Notes under the pieces: generated by a model
What the model was told of the DNA's origin: nothing
Seen by the model: the letters and a program-made list of their open reading frames with translations, nothing else
The model's database searches: none
Made by a program: the position numbers and the translations under genes
Origin: a virus
Length of the DNA stretch: 53,143 nt
Strand: one strand, 5' to 3'
Virus record (IMG/VR): IMGVR_UViG_3300045988_065744
Shown here: positions 16,371 to 26,478 of the stretch, piece after piece
How positions within the stretch are numbered: position 1 is the stretch's first letter
Layout: the number at the start of each line of letters is the position of its first letter

Positions 16371-16879
16371 TGGCTGAGATGCTTGCAATGACCCCGTACA
16401 TGATGCAGATTGCATTGAACAAAGAGTTGAAGGAACGCTTTGCAGGGAAAACGTATTGTGGCCCCGGCGGAGATAAGGAACTGAAATTCTTTGAACAGAA
16501 TCTGCCGATTGATACGGAACGGGATGAAGCTGTTGACACCCCGGCGGCGTTTGCTCCCTACATCATCACAGAGATTGGCGACATGGATTCACCAGAAGGC
16601 GATAAGCCGATGGAAGTTGACGTGACGCTGTATATTTGTGCATATGACATGGGATTGAAACGGCAGGGATACCGCGATGTTCTGAACATCGTAACGGACA
16701 TCATGAAAGGTTTCCGGGCGGTCCCGAGGTTCGGCAGGGCGTGTACCGTGAAAGGAAACATCAAGGGGAAAATGTCGGAAGACGACTATCACCCGTATTA
16801 CTTCGGTGCAGTGAAAATGACCTGCACTGTCGCGAATGCTGATCCGGCGACTGATCCAGAAATAGAGGAAATGGTATGA
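16370..16879 (+). CDS. Putative neck/tail terminator protein
   Basis: 169 aa, TAATG coupling. The assignment is positional. Confidence 0.3.
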   Translation: MAEMLAMTPYMMQIALNKELKERFAGKTYCGPGGDKELKFFEQNLPIDTERDEAVDTPAAFAPYIITEIGDMDSPEGDKPMEVDVTLYICAYDMGLKRQGYRDVLNIVTDIMKGFRAVPRFGRACTVKGNIKGKMSEDDYHPYYFGAVKMTCTVANADPATDPEIEEMV

Positions 16880-17133
16880 CCAAGAAAGAAACGAGAACCC
16901 GCGTGTACTGCGGCCCATCCGTCCGTGGCGTGGCACGGCAGTACACATGCTTTACCGGTGAGCTGCCGGAGCAGATGAAAAAGTTTGTTGAGCAGCACCC
17001 GATGGCGGAAGGCCTTATCGTACCTTACGACAAGGTAGCACAGACCCGTGCCAACATGGAACAGCCTGCATTGCCGGGCCAGCCCAAAACGGCAGAGCGG
17101 ATCATTTTTGAACAGCTCAGAGCAGAGCTGTAA
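16876..17133 (+). CDS. Hypothetical structural-module protein
   Basis: 85 aa, ATGA coupling, immediately before the sheath gene. Confidence 0.4.
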   Translation: MTKKETRTRVYCGPSVRGVARQYTCFTGELPEQMKKFVEQHPMAEGLIVPYDKVAQTRANMEQPALPGQPKTAERIIFEQLRAEL

Positions 17134-17145
17134 GGAGGAAGAACA

Positions 17146-18600
17146 ATGGCATATCGTCATGGCGTATATGTAAGTGAGATTCCGTCCAGCGTGAAAGCAC
17201 CGCTCGAAAGCGATGCTGGCACACAGGTAATCGTGGGCGTGGCCCCGGTCAATCTGGCGGATGACCCTTACGGCGCAACTAATGTGCCGCTGCTGTGCCA
17301 CACGATGGCAGAAGCCAAAGGTCTTGTTGGCTACAGCAGCGACTTCAAAAGCTACACGATCTGCGGTGCACTGTCTGCATCCTTCCAGATCGTGAACGTG
17401 TCCCCTGTGATCGTGATTAACGTTCTGGACCCCACCAAAACCGAACACACCGCAGATGTCGTCGAGCGCTCCTATCAGGTGAACAGCGGCACCGCACAGC
17501 TGGAAACTGTTGGCCTGTTGCTGGACAAACTGGTGGTCAAGGCGGACGATGTGGTGCTGAAAAGCGGCGAGGACTACACCGCGGCATTCAACGATGATGG
17601 CACGGTTACACTGGTGATCCTGCCTTCCGGCAAGGGCTCTGGCAAGTCGCAGGTCACGGTTTCCGGTAAGCGCATTGCCCCGGAAAAGGTGACGGGCGCA
17701 GACATCATTGGTGGCGTGAATGCGGCAGGCAAGGAAACTGGCATGGAAGTCCTGCGCCAGATTTTCCCGAAGCTGGGCATGGTGCCGGGCAATCTGCTGG
17801 CGCCCTGGTTCAGCAAGGACCCGACCGTGGCTGCTATTATGCAGGCGAAGACCACGATGCTCAACGGCATTTGGCGTATGTTCTGCTGGGTGGATATGGA
17901 CACGACCTCCACCGGCGCACCGAAGTATTCTGACGTGCGCGCCCAGAAGACGAAACAGTCTCTTACCTCTCCCAACTGCGCAGCCGTGTGGGGCTGCCCG
18001 AAGGTGGGCGAGGTAATCTACAGCCCCAGCGCCTTTGCTGCTGCATATATCGCCCGGCAGGATGCGGAGAACGATGGTATTCCCATGCCACCGCAGTCCA
18101 ACATTGCAGTTGCCGCAACGTCGATCTGCACCGAGGATGGAGAGGAAATTCTGCTGGACCTGGATCAGGCAAATGAGGTGAACGGAAACGGTGTCGTTAC
18201 CTTCCTGAATTTCAACGGATTCCGTCTCTGGGGCAACAATACGGTCGCATATCCGTCCAACACCGATCCGAAGGATCGTTTCATTTCCGCCCGCCGATTC
18301 CTGAGTTATGACGACAACAACTTCATCCTCACGAACTTTGGCAACGTGGATATGCGGGCGAATCCCCGCCTGCGCGAAGCGGTGATCGACCAGCAGAACA
18401 CCATCGGCGCAAGCTACATTTCCGCCGAAATCTGCGCACGGTACGAAATGGAATTTCTGAGCAGCGAGAACACCAGCGAAACGCTGGCGGACGGCAAGAT
18501 GTATTTCCACAAGTACGTTGCAATGTATCTCCCGGCGGAAGACATTGAGGAGATTGTGGAGTTTGACATCGACGCAATCACCGCTGCAATGAGCAAGTGA
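17146..18600 (+). CDS. Contractile tail sheath protein
   Basis: 484 aa. The N-terminus MAYRHGVYVSEIPSSVKAPLESDAG..VIVGVAP is the classic sheath start. Confidence 0.88.
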   Translation: MAYRHGVYVSEIPSSVKAPLESDAGTQVIVGVAPVNLADDPYGATNVPLLCHTMAEAKGLVGYSSDFKSYTICGALSASFQIVNVSPVIVINVLDPTKTEHTADVVERSYQVNSGTAQLETVGLLLDKLVVKADDVVLKSGEDYTAAFNDDGTVTLVILPSGKGSGKSQVTVSGKRIAPEKVTGADIIGGVNAAGKETGMEVLRQIFPKLGMVPGNLLAPWFSKDPTVAAIMQAKTTMLNGIWRMFCWVDMDTTSTGAPKYSDVRAQKTKQSLTSPNCAAVWGCPKVGEVIYSPSAFAAAYIARQDAENDGIPMPPQSNIAVAATSICTEDGEEILLDLDQANEVNGNGVVTFLNFNGFRLWGNNTVAYPSNTDPKDRFISARRFLSYDDNNFILTNFGNVDMRANPRLREAVIDQQNTIGASYISAEICARYEMEFLSSENTSETLADGKMYFHKYVAMYLPAEDIEEIVEFDIDAITAAMSK

Positions 18601-18616
18601 GGAAGGAGGACAGTAC

Positions 18617-19135
18617 ATGAGTAGCCTTTATATTCCTGACAAGATTGCAAAGTTCAATGCCTACTCCAACGGCATCAAGCTGGGCGTGACCGGCAAGGTT
18701 GATACACCTGAGTTCAAGATGATGACCAGCACTATGTCCGGCGCTGGCGTTGGCGGCGAGATCGACAGCCCGACGCCGGGTCAGTGGGAATCGACGGAGC
18801 ACGAAATCCCGTTCGCGCTTTTCGACAATGACGTTGCATACCTGTTGCAGCAGGGGATGAATGTGAACATCACCTATCGCGGTGCAATGCAGGTGGCGCT
18901 TCGTTCTGGTGGCTATGCCATGCGCCAGCTGCGCATTGTGGAAGGCGGCATGGTCAAAGGCTTCAAGGGTGGTTCCCTGGAAGCAGGCAGCCAGATGGAA
19001 GCAAGCGTGACTATTGAGGTTGTGCGCTACAAGATGGAGTGTGGCGCCGAAGAGCTGATCGCTGTGGACAAGCTCAACGACGTTTACCGCGTGAACGGAA
19101 AAGATATGCTGGCCGCAATTAACCTTATGACCTGA
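18617..19135 (+). CDS. Tail tube protein (P2 FII-like)
   Basis: 172 aa following the sheath. IPDKIAKFNAYSNG...VDTPEFKMMT pattern. Confidence 0.75.
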   Translation: MSSLYIPDKIAKFNAYSNGIKLGVTGKVDTPEFKMMTSTMSGAGVGGEIDSPTPGQWESTEHEIPFALFDNDVAYLLQQGMNVNITYRGAMQVALRSGGYAMRQLRIVEGGMVKGFKGGSLEAGSQMEASVTIEVVRYKMECGAEELIAVDKLNDVYRVNGKDMLAAINLMT

Positions 19136-19139
19136 TGAA

Positions 19140-19177
19140 CAGCCACCCCGGAATGGTTCGGGGTGGCTGATTTTTTG
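19140..19177 (+). terminator. Intrinsic terminator after the tube gene
   Basis: 11-bp stem cagccaccccg / cggggtggctg, followed by atttttt. Confidence 0.65.
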
Positions 19178-19196
19178 AAAAGAAAGGGAATCCAAA

Positions 19197-19787
19197 ATGG
19201 AAAACACGATCGAACTGAAAAAGCCCTACGTCTTCGATGACGAGGAATACAAGAGTATCGACCTGTCCGGTCTGGAAAATCTGACCATGCAGGATGCCAT
19301 TGATGCGCAGAAAGAGGTCGTCGGCAACGGCGAAGATCAGGTCATCTTGTATGCACCGGAAGCATCGCAGGCATTTCTGGACGAGGTGGCCGCCCGCGCA
19401 TCTGGCAAGCCGGTGGAGTTCTTCAACGCTATGCCCATCGCTATGTGTTCCAAAGTGCGCACAGCGGTTCAGGAAGCTTTTGCCGTGAAAGATCAGGCAA
19501 AGGACGGCGTAGTCGTTCTGGATAAGCCTTACAGTTTCAAGGGCGAAACTGTAAGCGAAATCGATCTGTCCGGTGTAGAAGAGCTGACCAGCATTGATGT
19601 TTCCAAGGCGGAAAACGAAGTGCTGAAAACCGGAGTCTACTCCGTGAACATGAAGAACTTCTTTGCCTACTCCTGCGCTCTGGCCGCCCGCGCATCCGGC
19701 AAGCCGATGGAGTTTTTCACGGGTCTGCCGTTGCATGAAGCGGTGAAGGTTCGCGGTACGGTGAACGCTGCAAGTTTTTTCGAGTAA
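19197..19787 (+). CDS. Tail assembly chaperone, internally duplicated (two tandem domains)
   Basis: 196 aa. Its halves align: KPYVFDD..IDLSGLENLT..AARASGKPVEFFNAMP versus KPYSFKG..IDLSGVEELT..AARASGKPMEFFTGLP. Confidence 0.7.
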   Translation: MENTIELKKPYVFDDEEYKSIDLSGLENLTMQDAIDAQKEVVGNGEDQVILYAPEASQAFLDEVAARASGKPVEFFNAMPIAMCSKVRTAVQEAFAVKDQAKDGVVVLDKPYSFKGETVSEIDLSGVEELTSIDVSKAENEVLKTGVYSVNMKNFFAYSCALAARASGKPMEFFTGLPLHEAVKVRGTVNAASFFE

Positions 19788-19945
19788 ACGCCAGCGCGAA
19801 ATCGCTGCGTAAACTTGCCGTTGCAGCAGCCAGCGCAACACACACGGGCATTGACTTCTTTATGGAAATGCCGGTCACGGAATTTCTTGAAACCTGCAAA
19901 GACATACAGGAGATGCAAGAGCAATGGCAAAAAGCAACGCGCTAG
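19197..19945 (+). CDS. Frameshift-extended tail chaperone (P2 E+E-prime / lambda G-T analogue)
   Basis: A -1 shift at 19775-19781 appends ...RVNASAKSLRKLAVAAASATHTGIDFFMEMPVTEFLETCKDIQEMQEQWQKATR. The product ends at TAG 19943-19945, inside the tape measure start. Confidence 0.6.
19775..19781 (+). promoter_or_regulatory. Programmed -1 ribosomal frameshift slippery heptamer T_TTT_TTC
   Basis: Canonical X_XXY_YYZ in the zero frame (agT TTT TTC gag taa), one codon before the stop. The -1 frame stays open to 19945. Confidence 0.7.
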
Positions 19946-22536
19946 AACTGAGCATCCGCATTGCGGGTAAAGTCGATAACTCGCTGACAGCGGCAATCAA
20001 AACTGCCAAAAGTCAGACTTCGGGGCTGGCGCGGAGCGTGAGCACCTTTGCGAAAACTTCCGCCGCTGCGCTGGTTGGCGTGACGGCGGCTGTGGTGGGT
20101 ACGGCCGCTACCTGCGGGAAACAGGCGGCGGACGTGGAAAAAGCAATGGCGCAGACCAGAACGCTGCTGACCGGCACCGCAGACGAAACGCAAGCCCGCA
20201 CGGCGAAACTTACGCAGGATGTGATGAACATTTCCCGCGTAACGGGCAGGGTATCGACCGAAATCGCTGCTGGTTCCTATCAGGTTATTTCTGCGTTCCA
20301 GGACACAGCCGATACGGCAAGCATTCTGGAAACCGCAACGAAGGCGGCAATCGCAGGTCAGGCGGAAACCGTGGACACGGTGAACGCACTGGCTGCCGTT
20401 ACGAAGGCATACGGGGACACCTCTGCGCGAGCTGTCACCCACGTTTCCGACTTGTCCTTTGAAACGATCCGACTTGGACAAACAACCATGCCGGAACTGG
20501 CAAACGGAATCCAGAAAGCGTCTGGTTCCGCTGCTGCCCTTCACGTTTCACAAGAGGAATTGTATGCCGGATTTGCAACGCTGACCGGTGTTATCGGTAA
20601 TACCGACACCGTGGGCACAGCCCTGAACACCCTGTACACAAAGATGCTGAAACCATCCAAGGCACTATCAAAGGCCGTGGAAAGCCTGGGCTACAAGTCA
20701 GCCTATGCAATGGTTCAGCAGGAAGGCTTGGGCGGAACTATTAAGAAACTGGGGCAGTACGCAGGCGGTGACGCAACGAAGTTTGCTGCTCTGTTTTCTA
20801 TGCGTGATCTAAAAGCCGCACAAGGCATCCTGAACACCATGGATGTGTACGAGCAGAAACTTTCGGAATTGCAGGATGCGGACGGCGCAACAGACCGAGC
20901 GTTTATGACCAGCATAAACAACTGGAATGATATGTTTGGCATTGCTTCCAACAAGGTATCTGTCTTTGCACAGCAGGTCGGCATGAAACTACTGCCCTAC
21001 GCGAAAGATTTTTTGTCGGACGCTATGCCAAAAATAGATGCTCTAATGGACACGGTGCTGGCGGGCATTGACAAAATCATGCCGAAAATAGAAGCACTGT
21101 TCAAGTACCTGTCTCAAAATGGGCCGCAGGTGGCGGGCGTCGCTTCGGCGGTAGCTGCTGCATGGGGCGGCATGATCGCTGCCCCGAAAATCGAATCAGG
21201 CGTGAAAGGCGTTGCCAGCTTCCTGTCCTCTGGGATGGGAAAAGCAAAAGGAGGTGGCGCAAAACTCCTTGGAAAAGCAAAGGGATTTGGCGGTTCAATG
21301 CTGGCAAGTATCAAAGACTTCCGTGCAAATCCGGGGCTTTTCCAGTCACTTCCAATCTTCGGGTGGGCACAGAATGTGAAAAACATTCCGCAAAACGCCA
21401 TTCAATCCATGATGGCGGCGGCAAATCCAGCAGGAACGGCAACTGCAACAATCGGCAACGTGCTCGGAGCTGGACTTGGGGCGGTATTCGGAAAGAGCGG
21501 CTTAAATGTTGGAGCGGTAAAAACGCCGCTTGCAGCTATGGGCAAAGTGTTCCTTGGAATGCTTGGCTCCATCGGCCCGGTGATTACGGCAATCGGCACC
21601 GTTATTGCACTGGTAAGCATTCTGGGCGACCATCTGGGCGATATCCGGGGGCTGGTGCAGAGCGCCTTCGGCGAACAGGGCGTGGCTGTCTTTGATGGCT
21701 TCGTTGGCGCAATCCAGAATGTTGGCACTACGATCCAGCAGGCTTTCTCGCCGGAAGGACTGGCTGGCATCAAGGACCTTATCACACAGACCTTCGGCGA
21801 AGGCGCGGGGAATGCTTTCGGCGTTTTCATCCCGCTGATCCAGTCGGTGGCTGGCATTGTAGGCCAGCTGGTAGACTTGGGCGTAAACTACCTGAAACCG
21901 CTGATTCTGGAAGTCTTTAACTTTATGACGACGCAGGCGCTTCCTGCGCTGATCCCGCTGCTGGCATCGGTGGTGTCGTTGGTCGGCACAACGCTGGTGA
22001 ATGCAGTGAAAGTCGTGGTCGGCATCGTGCAAACGCTGCTGCCCATCGTGGAACCGGTCATCATGGGAATTATCAGTCTGATCCAGAGCATTGTTTCTGT
22101 GACGATCAAGGTCGTAAACAGCATCATCGGCGCACTGAATAAAATCTCGGTGCCAATCCCGGACTGGGTGCCAGGCATCGGCGGCAAAACCTTCGGGTTT
22201 AACTTGTCCAAAGTTGCCATGCCGCAGTTTGCGCAGGGCGGCTTTACCAACGGACCGTCTATCGCAGGCGAAGCTGGAACCGAAGCAGTTATTTCCTTCC
22301 AGCGCGGCGTCCGCCAGCAGAACATCGACACATGGAAGCTGGCTGGTAAGATGCTGGGCGTGCGGGATGATAGCGGAGAAACGCCGCAAATCGTTTTCGC
22401 ACCGAACATCACGTTCTCTAGTGATGTATCGCAGGAAGAAGCAGCCCGCAAGACGAAGGAACTGTTTGCCCTGTTCGAGCAATTCATGGATCAGTATTTC
22501 CAGAAACACCGCAGGACAGCGTATAAACCGGCGTGA
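19924..22536 (+). CDS. Tail tape measure protein
   Basis: 870 aa, Ala/Gly-rich helical and TM-like segments. Position after the frameshifted chaperone. Confidence 0.88.
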   Translation: MAKSNALELSIRIAGKVDNSLTAAIKTAKSQTSGLARSVSTFAKTSAAALVGVTAAVVGTAATCGKQAADVEKAMAQTRTLLTGTADETQARTAKLTQDVMNISRVTGRVSTEIAAGSYQVISAFQDTADTASILETATKAAIAGQAETVDTVNALAAVTKAYGDTSARAVTHVSDLSFETIRLGQTTMPELANGIQKASGSAAALHVSQEELYAGFATLTGVIGNTDTVGTALNTLYTKMLKPSKALSKAVESLGYKSAYAMVQQEGLGGTIKKLGQYAGGDATKFAALFSMRDLKAAQGILNTMDVYEQKLSELQDADGATDRAFMTSINNWNDMFGIASNKVSVFAQQVGMKLLPYAKDFLSDAMPKIDALMDTVLAGIDKIMPKIEALFKYLSQNGPQVAGVASAVAAAWGGMIAAPKIESGVKGVASFLSSGMGKAKGGGAKLLGKAKGFGGSMLASIKDFRANPGLFQSLPIFGWAQNVKNIPQNAIQSMMAAANPAGTATATIGNVLGAGLGAVFGKSGLNVGAVKTPLAAMGKVFLGMLGSIGPVITAIGTVIALVSILGDHLGDIRGLVQSAFGEQGVAVFDGFVGAIQNVGTTIQQAFSPEGLAGIKDLITQTFGEGAGNAFGVFIPLIQSVAGIVGQLVDLGVNYLKPLILEVFNFMTTQALPALIPLLASVVSLVGTTLVNAVKVVVGIVQTLLPIVEPVIMGIISLIQSIVSVTIKVVNSIIGALNKISVPIPDWVPGIGGKTFGFNLSKVAMPQFAQGGFTNGPSIAGEAGTEAVISFQRGVRQQNIDTWKLAGKMLGVRDDSGETPQIVFAPNITFSSDVSQEEAARKTKELFALFEQFMDQYFQKHRRTAYKPA

Positions 22537-22547
22537 GGTGATAAAGC

Positions 22548-22751
22548 GTGGCATACACAACTGTAAGCGGCGATACGTTTGACAAGATCGCCAAAAAAGT
22601 TTACGGCGATGAATACTGTGCTGATATCCTGATGCAGGCAAACCCGGAACAAATCATGACGTTTTGTTTTGATTCTGGGGTTGTTCTGAAAACGCCGGAG
22701 CTGACCGAGGAACAGAGCGGAAGCCTGCCGCCCTGGAAGGAGAATGAATGA
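22548..22751 (+). CDS. Tail protein X-like (LysM-type)
   Basis: 67 aa, GTG start. MAYTTVSGDTFDKIAKKVYGDEYCADILMQANP is a LysM-like P2 gpX pattern. Confidence 0.6.
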   Translation: MAYTTVSGDTFDKIAKKVYGDEYCADILMQANPEQIMTFCFDSGVVLKTPELTEEQSGSLPPWKENE

Positions 22752-23977
22752 AACCGAGAAGGGCAAGCGTCAAGCTGATTTACAAAGAAAAGGACATTAC
22801 GTCTGATATCGAAGCTGACGTTGAAAGCATTTCCCATGAAGGAAACGCGGCAGACAGCAGCGACAGCCTGAGCGTCACCATAAATGCAATGGCAGACAAA
22901 TGGCTGGACGACTGGATGCCCACAAAAGGCACCACACTGGACGGCACGATCTTTACCCATGACTGGCCTGAAGAAGGACAGGAAGGGCAGATGAACGGCG
23001 GCGTTATGACCGTGGACAATATCGGCTACAGCGGCGCGCCCGGCACAATGACAATCAGTGCTACATCAAAGCCGAATGACACGAGCTTTTCGGAAGAAGA
23101 TCGGGAATTTATCTGGAAGAACACCAGCATTCAGAAAATCGCCCAGACGATTGCCGGGCGGTATTCGCTTGAACTGGGGTTTGATGGGAAGGACGCAGAA
23201 ATCGTAAAGCGAGAACAGAAGGCAACGGACAGTTCCTTCCTCGATGATCTATGCAAAGACTATGGTCTGATTCTGAAAGCGTACTCAAAGAAGCTGTGGA
23301 TTTATGACCGCGAAGCCTACAAGAAAAAGAAGGCGGCAGCGACCATAGATCGGACGGACATTGTGCCGGGGTCATTCAATTTTAACGATGGGTTTGACGG
23401 AACCTATACGCACGGTATATGGGAGTATTCAAACCAGAAAAAGAAAATAAAAATCCGAGCGGAGATCGGCAAGAACGGAAGGACAAAACGCATATCCAAA
23501 TATGCGTCCAGTCAGGCCGACGCAGAGCGTCGCCTGCAAGCAGCACTGGACAATGCAAACCATGGTTCAACCAAGATCAAGTTCAAGCTGGCGCTGGCCC
23601 AGATCGAGCTGTGCGAGAGCCAGAATGTCAATGTTACGGGCTATGGTAAACTGTCCGGCAAATACTTCATCGACAAGGTGACGTTGGAGTATAGCCGAAG
23701 CGGGCTTGAACAGACGCTTGAATGCAGCTGGGTTTCTGCTCTGGAAGAAAGTGAAAGTAACGGTAAAGCGGTGACGTTGCAAAACGCACCACTTTACTAC
23801 ACCAGCGTTGACAAAAAGCCGGTACGGACAGTAAGCGGCAAGTATTACCTCTACGACGGCGTGGCTGTGGCGGGAAGGTATAGGATCACGAACCTTGCTT
23901 CCCGTTGCGGCAAGACGCCTGTTGGAAAGAACGTGACCGGCTGGGTCGATGCGAAAGACGTTAGGAGCGTCACATGA
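22748..23977 (+). CDS. Late control D-like baseplate hub protein, possible C-terminal SH3b-like domain
   Basis: 409 aa in the P2 gpD / Mu gp44 position. The C-terminal KAVTLQNAPLYYTSVDKKPVRTVSGKYYLYDG...VTGWVDAKDV looks SH3b-like. Confidence 0.65.
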   Translation: MKPRRASVKLIYKEKDITSDIEADVESISHEGNAADSSDSLSVTINAMADKWLDDWMPTKGTTLDGTIFTHDWPEEGQEGQMNGGVMTVDNIGYSGAPGTMTISATSKPNDTSFSEEDREFIWKNTSIQKIAQTIAGRYSLELGFDGKDAEIVKREQKATDSSFLDDLCKDYGLILKAYSKKLWIYDREAYKKKKAAATIDRTDIVPGSFNFNDGFDGTYTHGIWEYSNQKKKIKIRAEIGKNGRTKRISKYASSQADAERRLQAALDNANHGSTKIKFKLALAQIELCESQNVNVTGYGKLSGKYFIDKVTLEYSRSGLEQTLECSWVSALEESESNGKAVTLQNAPLYYTSVDKKPVRTVSGKYYLYDGVAVAGRYRITNLASRCGKTPVGKNVTGWVDAKDVRSVT

Positions 23978-24621
23978 TGGCAGATTCAATACGGTTTGGC
24001 AAAGTATCAAACATCAACTACAAAACCGGCTGTATGGAAGTTACATACGAAGACCGGGAAGACAGTGTGACGGACATGATCCCGATGCTGGCGAATGCTG
24101 GGTACAAAATGCCGAAAGTCGGAGACACCGTTGTGGTGGCGCATAACTCCAACGGAGAAGAAGAAGGCGTGGTTTTGGGCACCACCTGGGGCGAAAATGA
24201 AAATCCCCCGGAGGGTGCCCAAAACCTTTACCGACAGGACTTCGATGGCAAACCCGGGAAGTGCTATTTCCGCTATGACGGAAAGAAAGCCACCTTCCAC
24301 AATGAGGGAGACACGAAGTCGGAAACCAAGAAGAACAAAACGGAAACAGTTGACGGAAATGCTGAACTGGAAGTGAAAGGGAAGCTGACCGTGAAAGTGG
24401 GAAGCTGCACCGTCACGATTCAGGGCGGCACCGTTCAGATCGTGGGCGGTTCTCAAATCAGTATGAATGCACCCACCATCACCATTGATGGCGGAACAGT
24501 CAACATCACAGGTGGTGGCGGCGACGCGGTAATCAGCGGGATCAGTCTGGTAAACCACACGCACAAGTATACGCTGCCGCTCCATGCCGGAGGCATGGGC
24601 GATACAGTAAAGCCGACGTAA
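23974..24621 (+). CDS. Baseplate spike / assembly protein V
   Basis: 215 aa. GKVSNINYKTGCMEVTYEDREDSVTDMIPML...GDTVVVAH is an OB-fold gpV pattern. The C-terminus is a beta-helix with HTH..LP. Confidence 0.7.
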   Translation: MMADSIRFGKVSNINYKTGCMEVTYEDREDSVTDMIPMLANAGYKMPKVGDTVVVAHNSNGEEEGVVLGTTWGENENPPEGAQNLYRQDFDGKPGKCYFRYDGKKATFHNEGDTKSETKKNKTETVDGNAELEVKGKLTVKVGSCTVTIQGGTVQIVGGSQISMNAPTITIDGGTVNITGGGGDAVISGISLVNHTHKYTLPLHAGGMGDTVKPT

Positions 24622-24639
24622 ATCGCAGGAGGACACAGT

Positions 24640-25032
24640 ATGCAGGTTGGATGTTTTGGCGGCCTTGTGTTTTCGGTAGACAGCAACAAGGTATTCACGA
24701 TGCAGGATATCCAAGGCAGTACGGGCAGCGATTGGGCGACCCACAACACAATCAACGGAAAACCGAAAAGCGAGCTGACCGGCCAGAAGTTGAAGGCGTA
24801 CAAGTTTACGGTCACGCTGGACGCGCAGTACGGTGTAAAGCCGCGTGAAATGCTGGCGAACATCCAGCGGATGGCGGAGGAAGGCACGGTGGACTACTTG
24901 ATTATTGGTAGCGACCCTGTGGGAATGTGCCTGTTTAAGCTGACGGATGCGTCCGATGCATGGGACTGCGTTGCTGCAGGTGGACGGCTTGTCCGCTGCA
25001 AAATCGATTTATCATTTGAGGAATACGCATGA
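24640..25032 (+). CDS. Tail protein, P2 gpU-like
   Basis: 130 aa. GLVFSVDSNKVF...DWATHNTINGKPKSELTGQKL...MAEEGTVDYLIIG resembles the gpU family. Confidence 0.5.
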   Translation: MQVGCFGGLVFSVDSNKVFTMQDIQGSTGSDWATHNTINGKPKSELTGQKLKAYKFTVTLDAQYGVKPREMLANIQRMAEEGTVDYLIIGSDPVGMCLFKLTDASDAWDCVAAGGRLVRCKIDLSFEEYA

Positions 25033-25334
25033 CTTTAGGAGAAGCGAAAATTCAGCTTGCATCATCCACCATGGAAGATGCAGAAGATATCTGCGAATGC
25101 CTGAAAGTGCTGTACTCCGCACGAGCCGGAGAGCAGGGCCTTGACCGGGACTTCGGCATTTCGCTGGATGCCGTGGACAAGCCGACCAGCGTTGCAAAAG
25201 CGCTGCTGGCGGCAGAAATTGTCCGCAAAACAAAGAAGTACGAACCCCGCGTTGAAGTGGTCCGCATTGAGTGGGACACGTCGAAGGTGGGGCAGGGGGT
25301 ATTGATCCCAAAGGTGGTGTTGAGAAGTGTCTGA
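25029..25334 (+). CDS. Baseplate wedge protein W (gp25-like)
   Basis: 101 aa. EDICECLKVLYSARAGEQGLDRDFGISLDAV is a GPW_gp25 pattern. Confidence 0.7.
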   Translation: MTLGEAKIQLASSTMEDAEDICECLKVLYSARAGEQGLDRDFGISLDAVDKPTSVAKALLAAEIVRKTKKYEPRVEVVRIEWDTSKVGQGVLIPKVVLRSV

Positions 25335-26478
25335 AATTTCACAGCTTCAAAATCTGCCGGATATCAGCTTTACCGACAACCTGACTATGAAGGAAGTGGA
25401 AGAGCTGACAAAGGGAGAGTTCAGTCAATCCATGCAGGAAGCAACCGGGCAGACACCGATTATTTACCCCGCCAGTGTCCCAGCACTGATACTGAAAGCA
25501 ATGACGCTTTTTGGCTACCAGATTTTGCAGTACGTCGATGCAGGCCCGAAACGAATGCTGCTGAAATACTCCGCCCACGACGATTTGGACGACCTGGCCG
25601 GGAACTATGGCTTGACCCGCCGCCCGGCTGAAAAAGCAAAGGTGACGATCCGGTTTACTCTGGCTGATGCAAAACAGCCTGGTGCTGTAGGCATTCCAGC
25701 GCAAACCCGCGTTAGAACACAGGACGGCATTTATTTTGCCACGATGGACTACGCGGAGATCACGCCAGGTTCGCAGTATGTGGACGTAGAAGCAGAAGCG
25801 GCAGAAGAAGGCGCGGCGTCGTCCGGCATTGAGGAAGGGCAAATCAATCAGCTGGTGGACCCCATCCCCTATGTTGCATCGGCGGTAAACGTTACGGCCA
25901 GCAGCGGTGGTACGGATATTGAAAGCGACGATTCGCTGACGGAGAGAACCTACCTGGTGCCCTCTACATATTCCTGTGCTGGTCCACCGGACGCTTATGA
26001 GTATTTCGCTAAGGCATGGCGAAACGACGTGAAGGACGTTTCCGTACAAAGCCCGTCGCCCTGCGTGGTGGACATTTATTTTACGTTACAGGATGGAACG
26101 CTGCCGAGCAAAAGTGATTGCGACAGCATGGAAGAAAATCTGCGCAATGATGCACGCCGACCCATGACGGACTATGTGAACTGCAAAGCCCCGACCGAGG
26201 TTGAGTACAGCATTGACGTGACCTATACCATTGCCCGCAGTAAATCCAAGATCGCCGTTACTGTACAGAACGCAGTGAACGAAGCGGTTGAAGTCTACAA
26301 GGCGTGGCAGCGCACCATGGGCAGGGACATTGACCCGGCGGAACTGATTGCACAAATCAAGAATGCCGGGGCAAAGAAGGTGAAGATCACCGCACCAACC
26401 GACGTTGTGGTGGGCAGCGCTGAGATTCCGAAGCTGACAACCTGCAATGTGGTGTACGGAGGACTGGAAGATGACTGA
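25327..26478 (+). CDS. Baseplate protein J
   Basis: 383 aa, GTG start, position after W. Baseplate_J-like central region. Confidence 0.78.
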   Translation: MSEISQLQNLPDISFTDNLTMKEVEELTKGEFSQSMQEATGQTPIIYPASVPALILKAMTLFGYQILQYVDAGPKRMLLKYSAHDDLDDLAGNYGLTRRPAEKAKVTIRFTLADAKQPGAVGIPAQTRVRTQDGIYFATMDYAEITPGSQYVDVEAEAAEEGAASSGIEEGQINQLVDPIPYVASAVNVTASSGGTDIESDDSLTERTYLVPSTYSCAGPPDAYEYFAKAWRNDVKDVSVQSPSPCVVDIYFTLQDGTLPSKSDCDSMEENLRNDARRPMTDYVNCKAPTEVEYSIDVTYTIARSKSKIAVTVQNAVNEAVEVYKAWQRTMGRDIDPAELIAQIKNAGAKKVKITAPTDVVVGSAEIPKLTTCNVVYGGLEDD

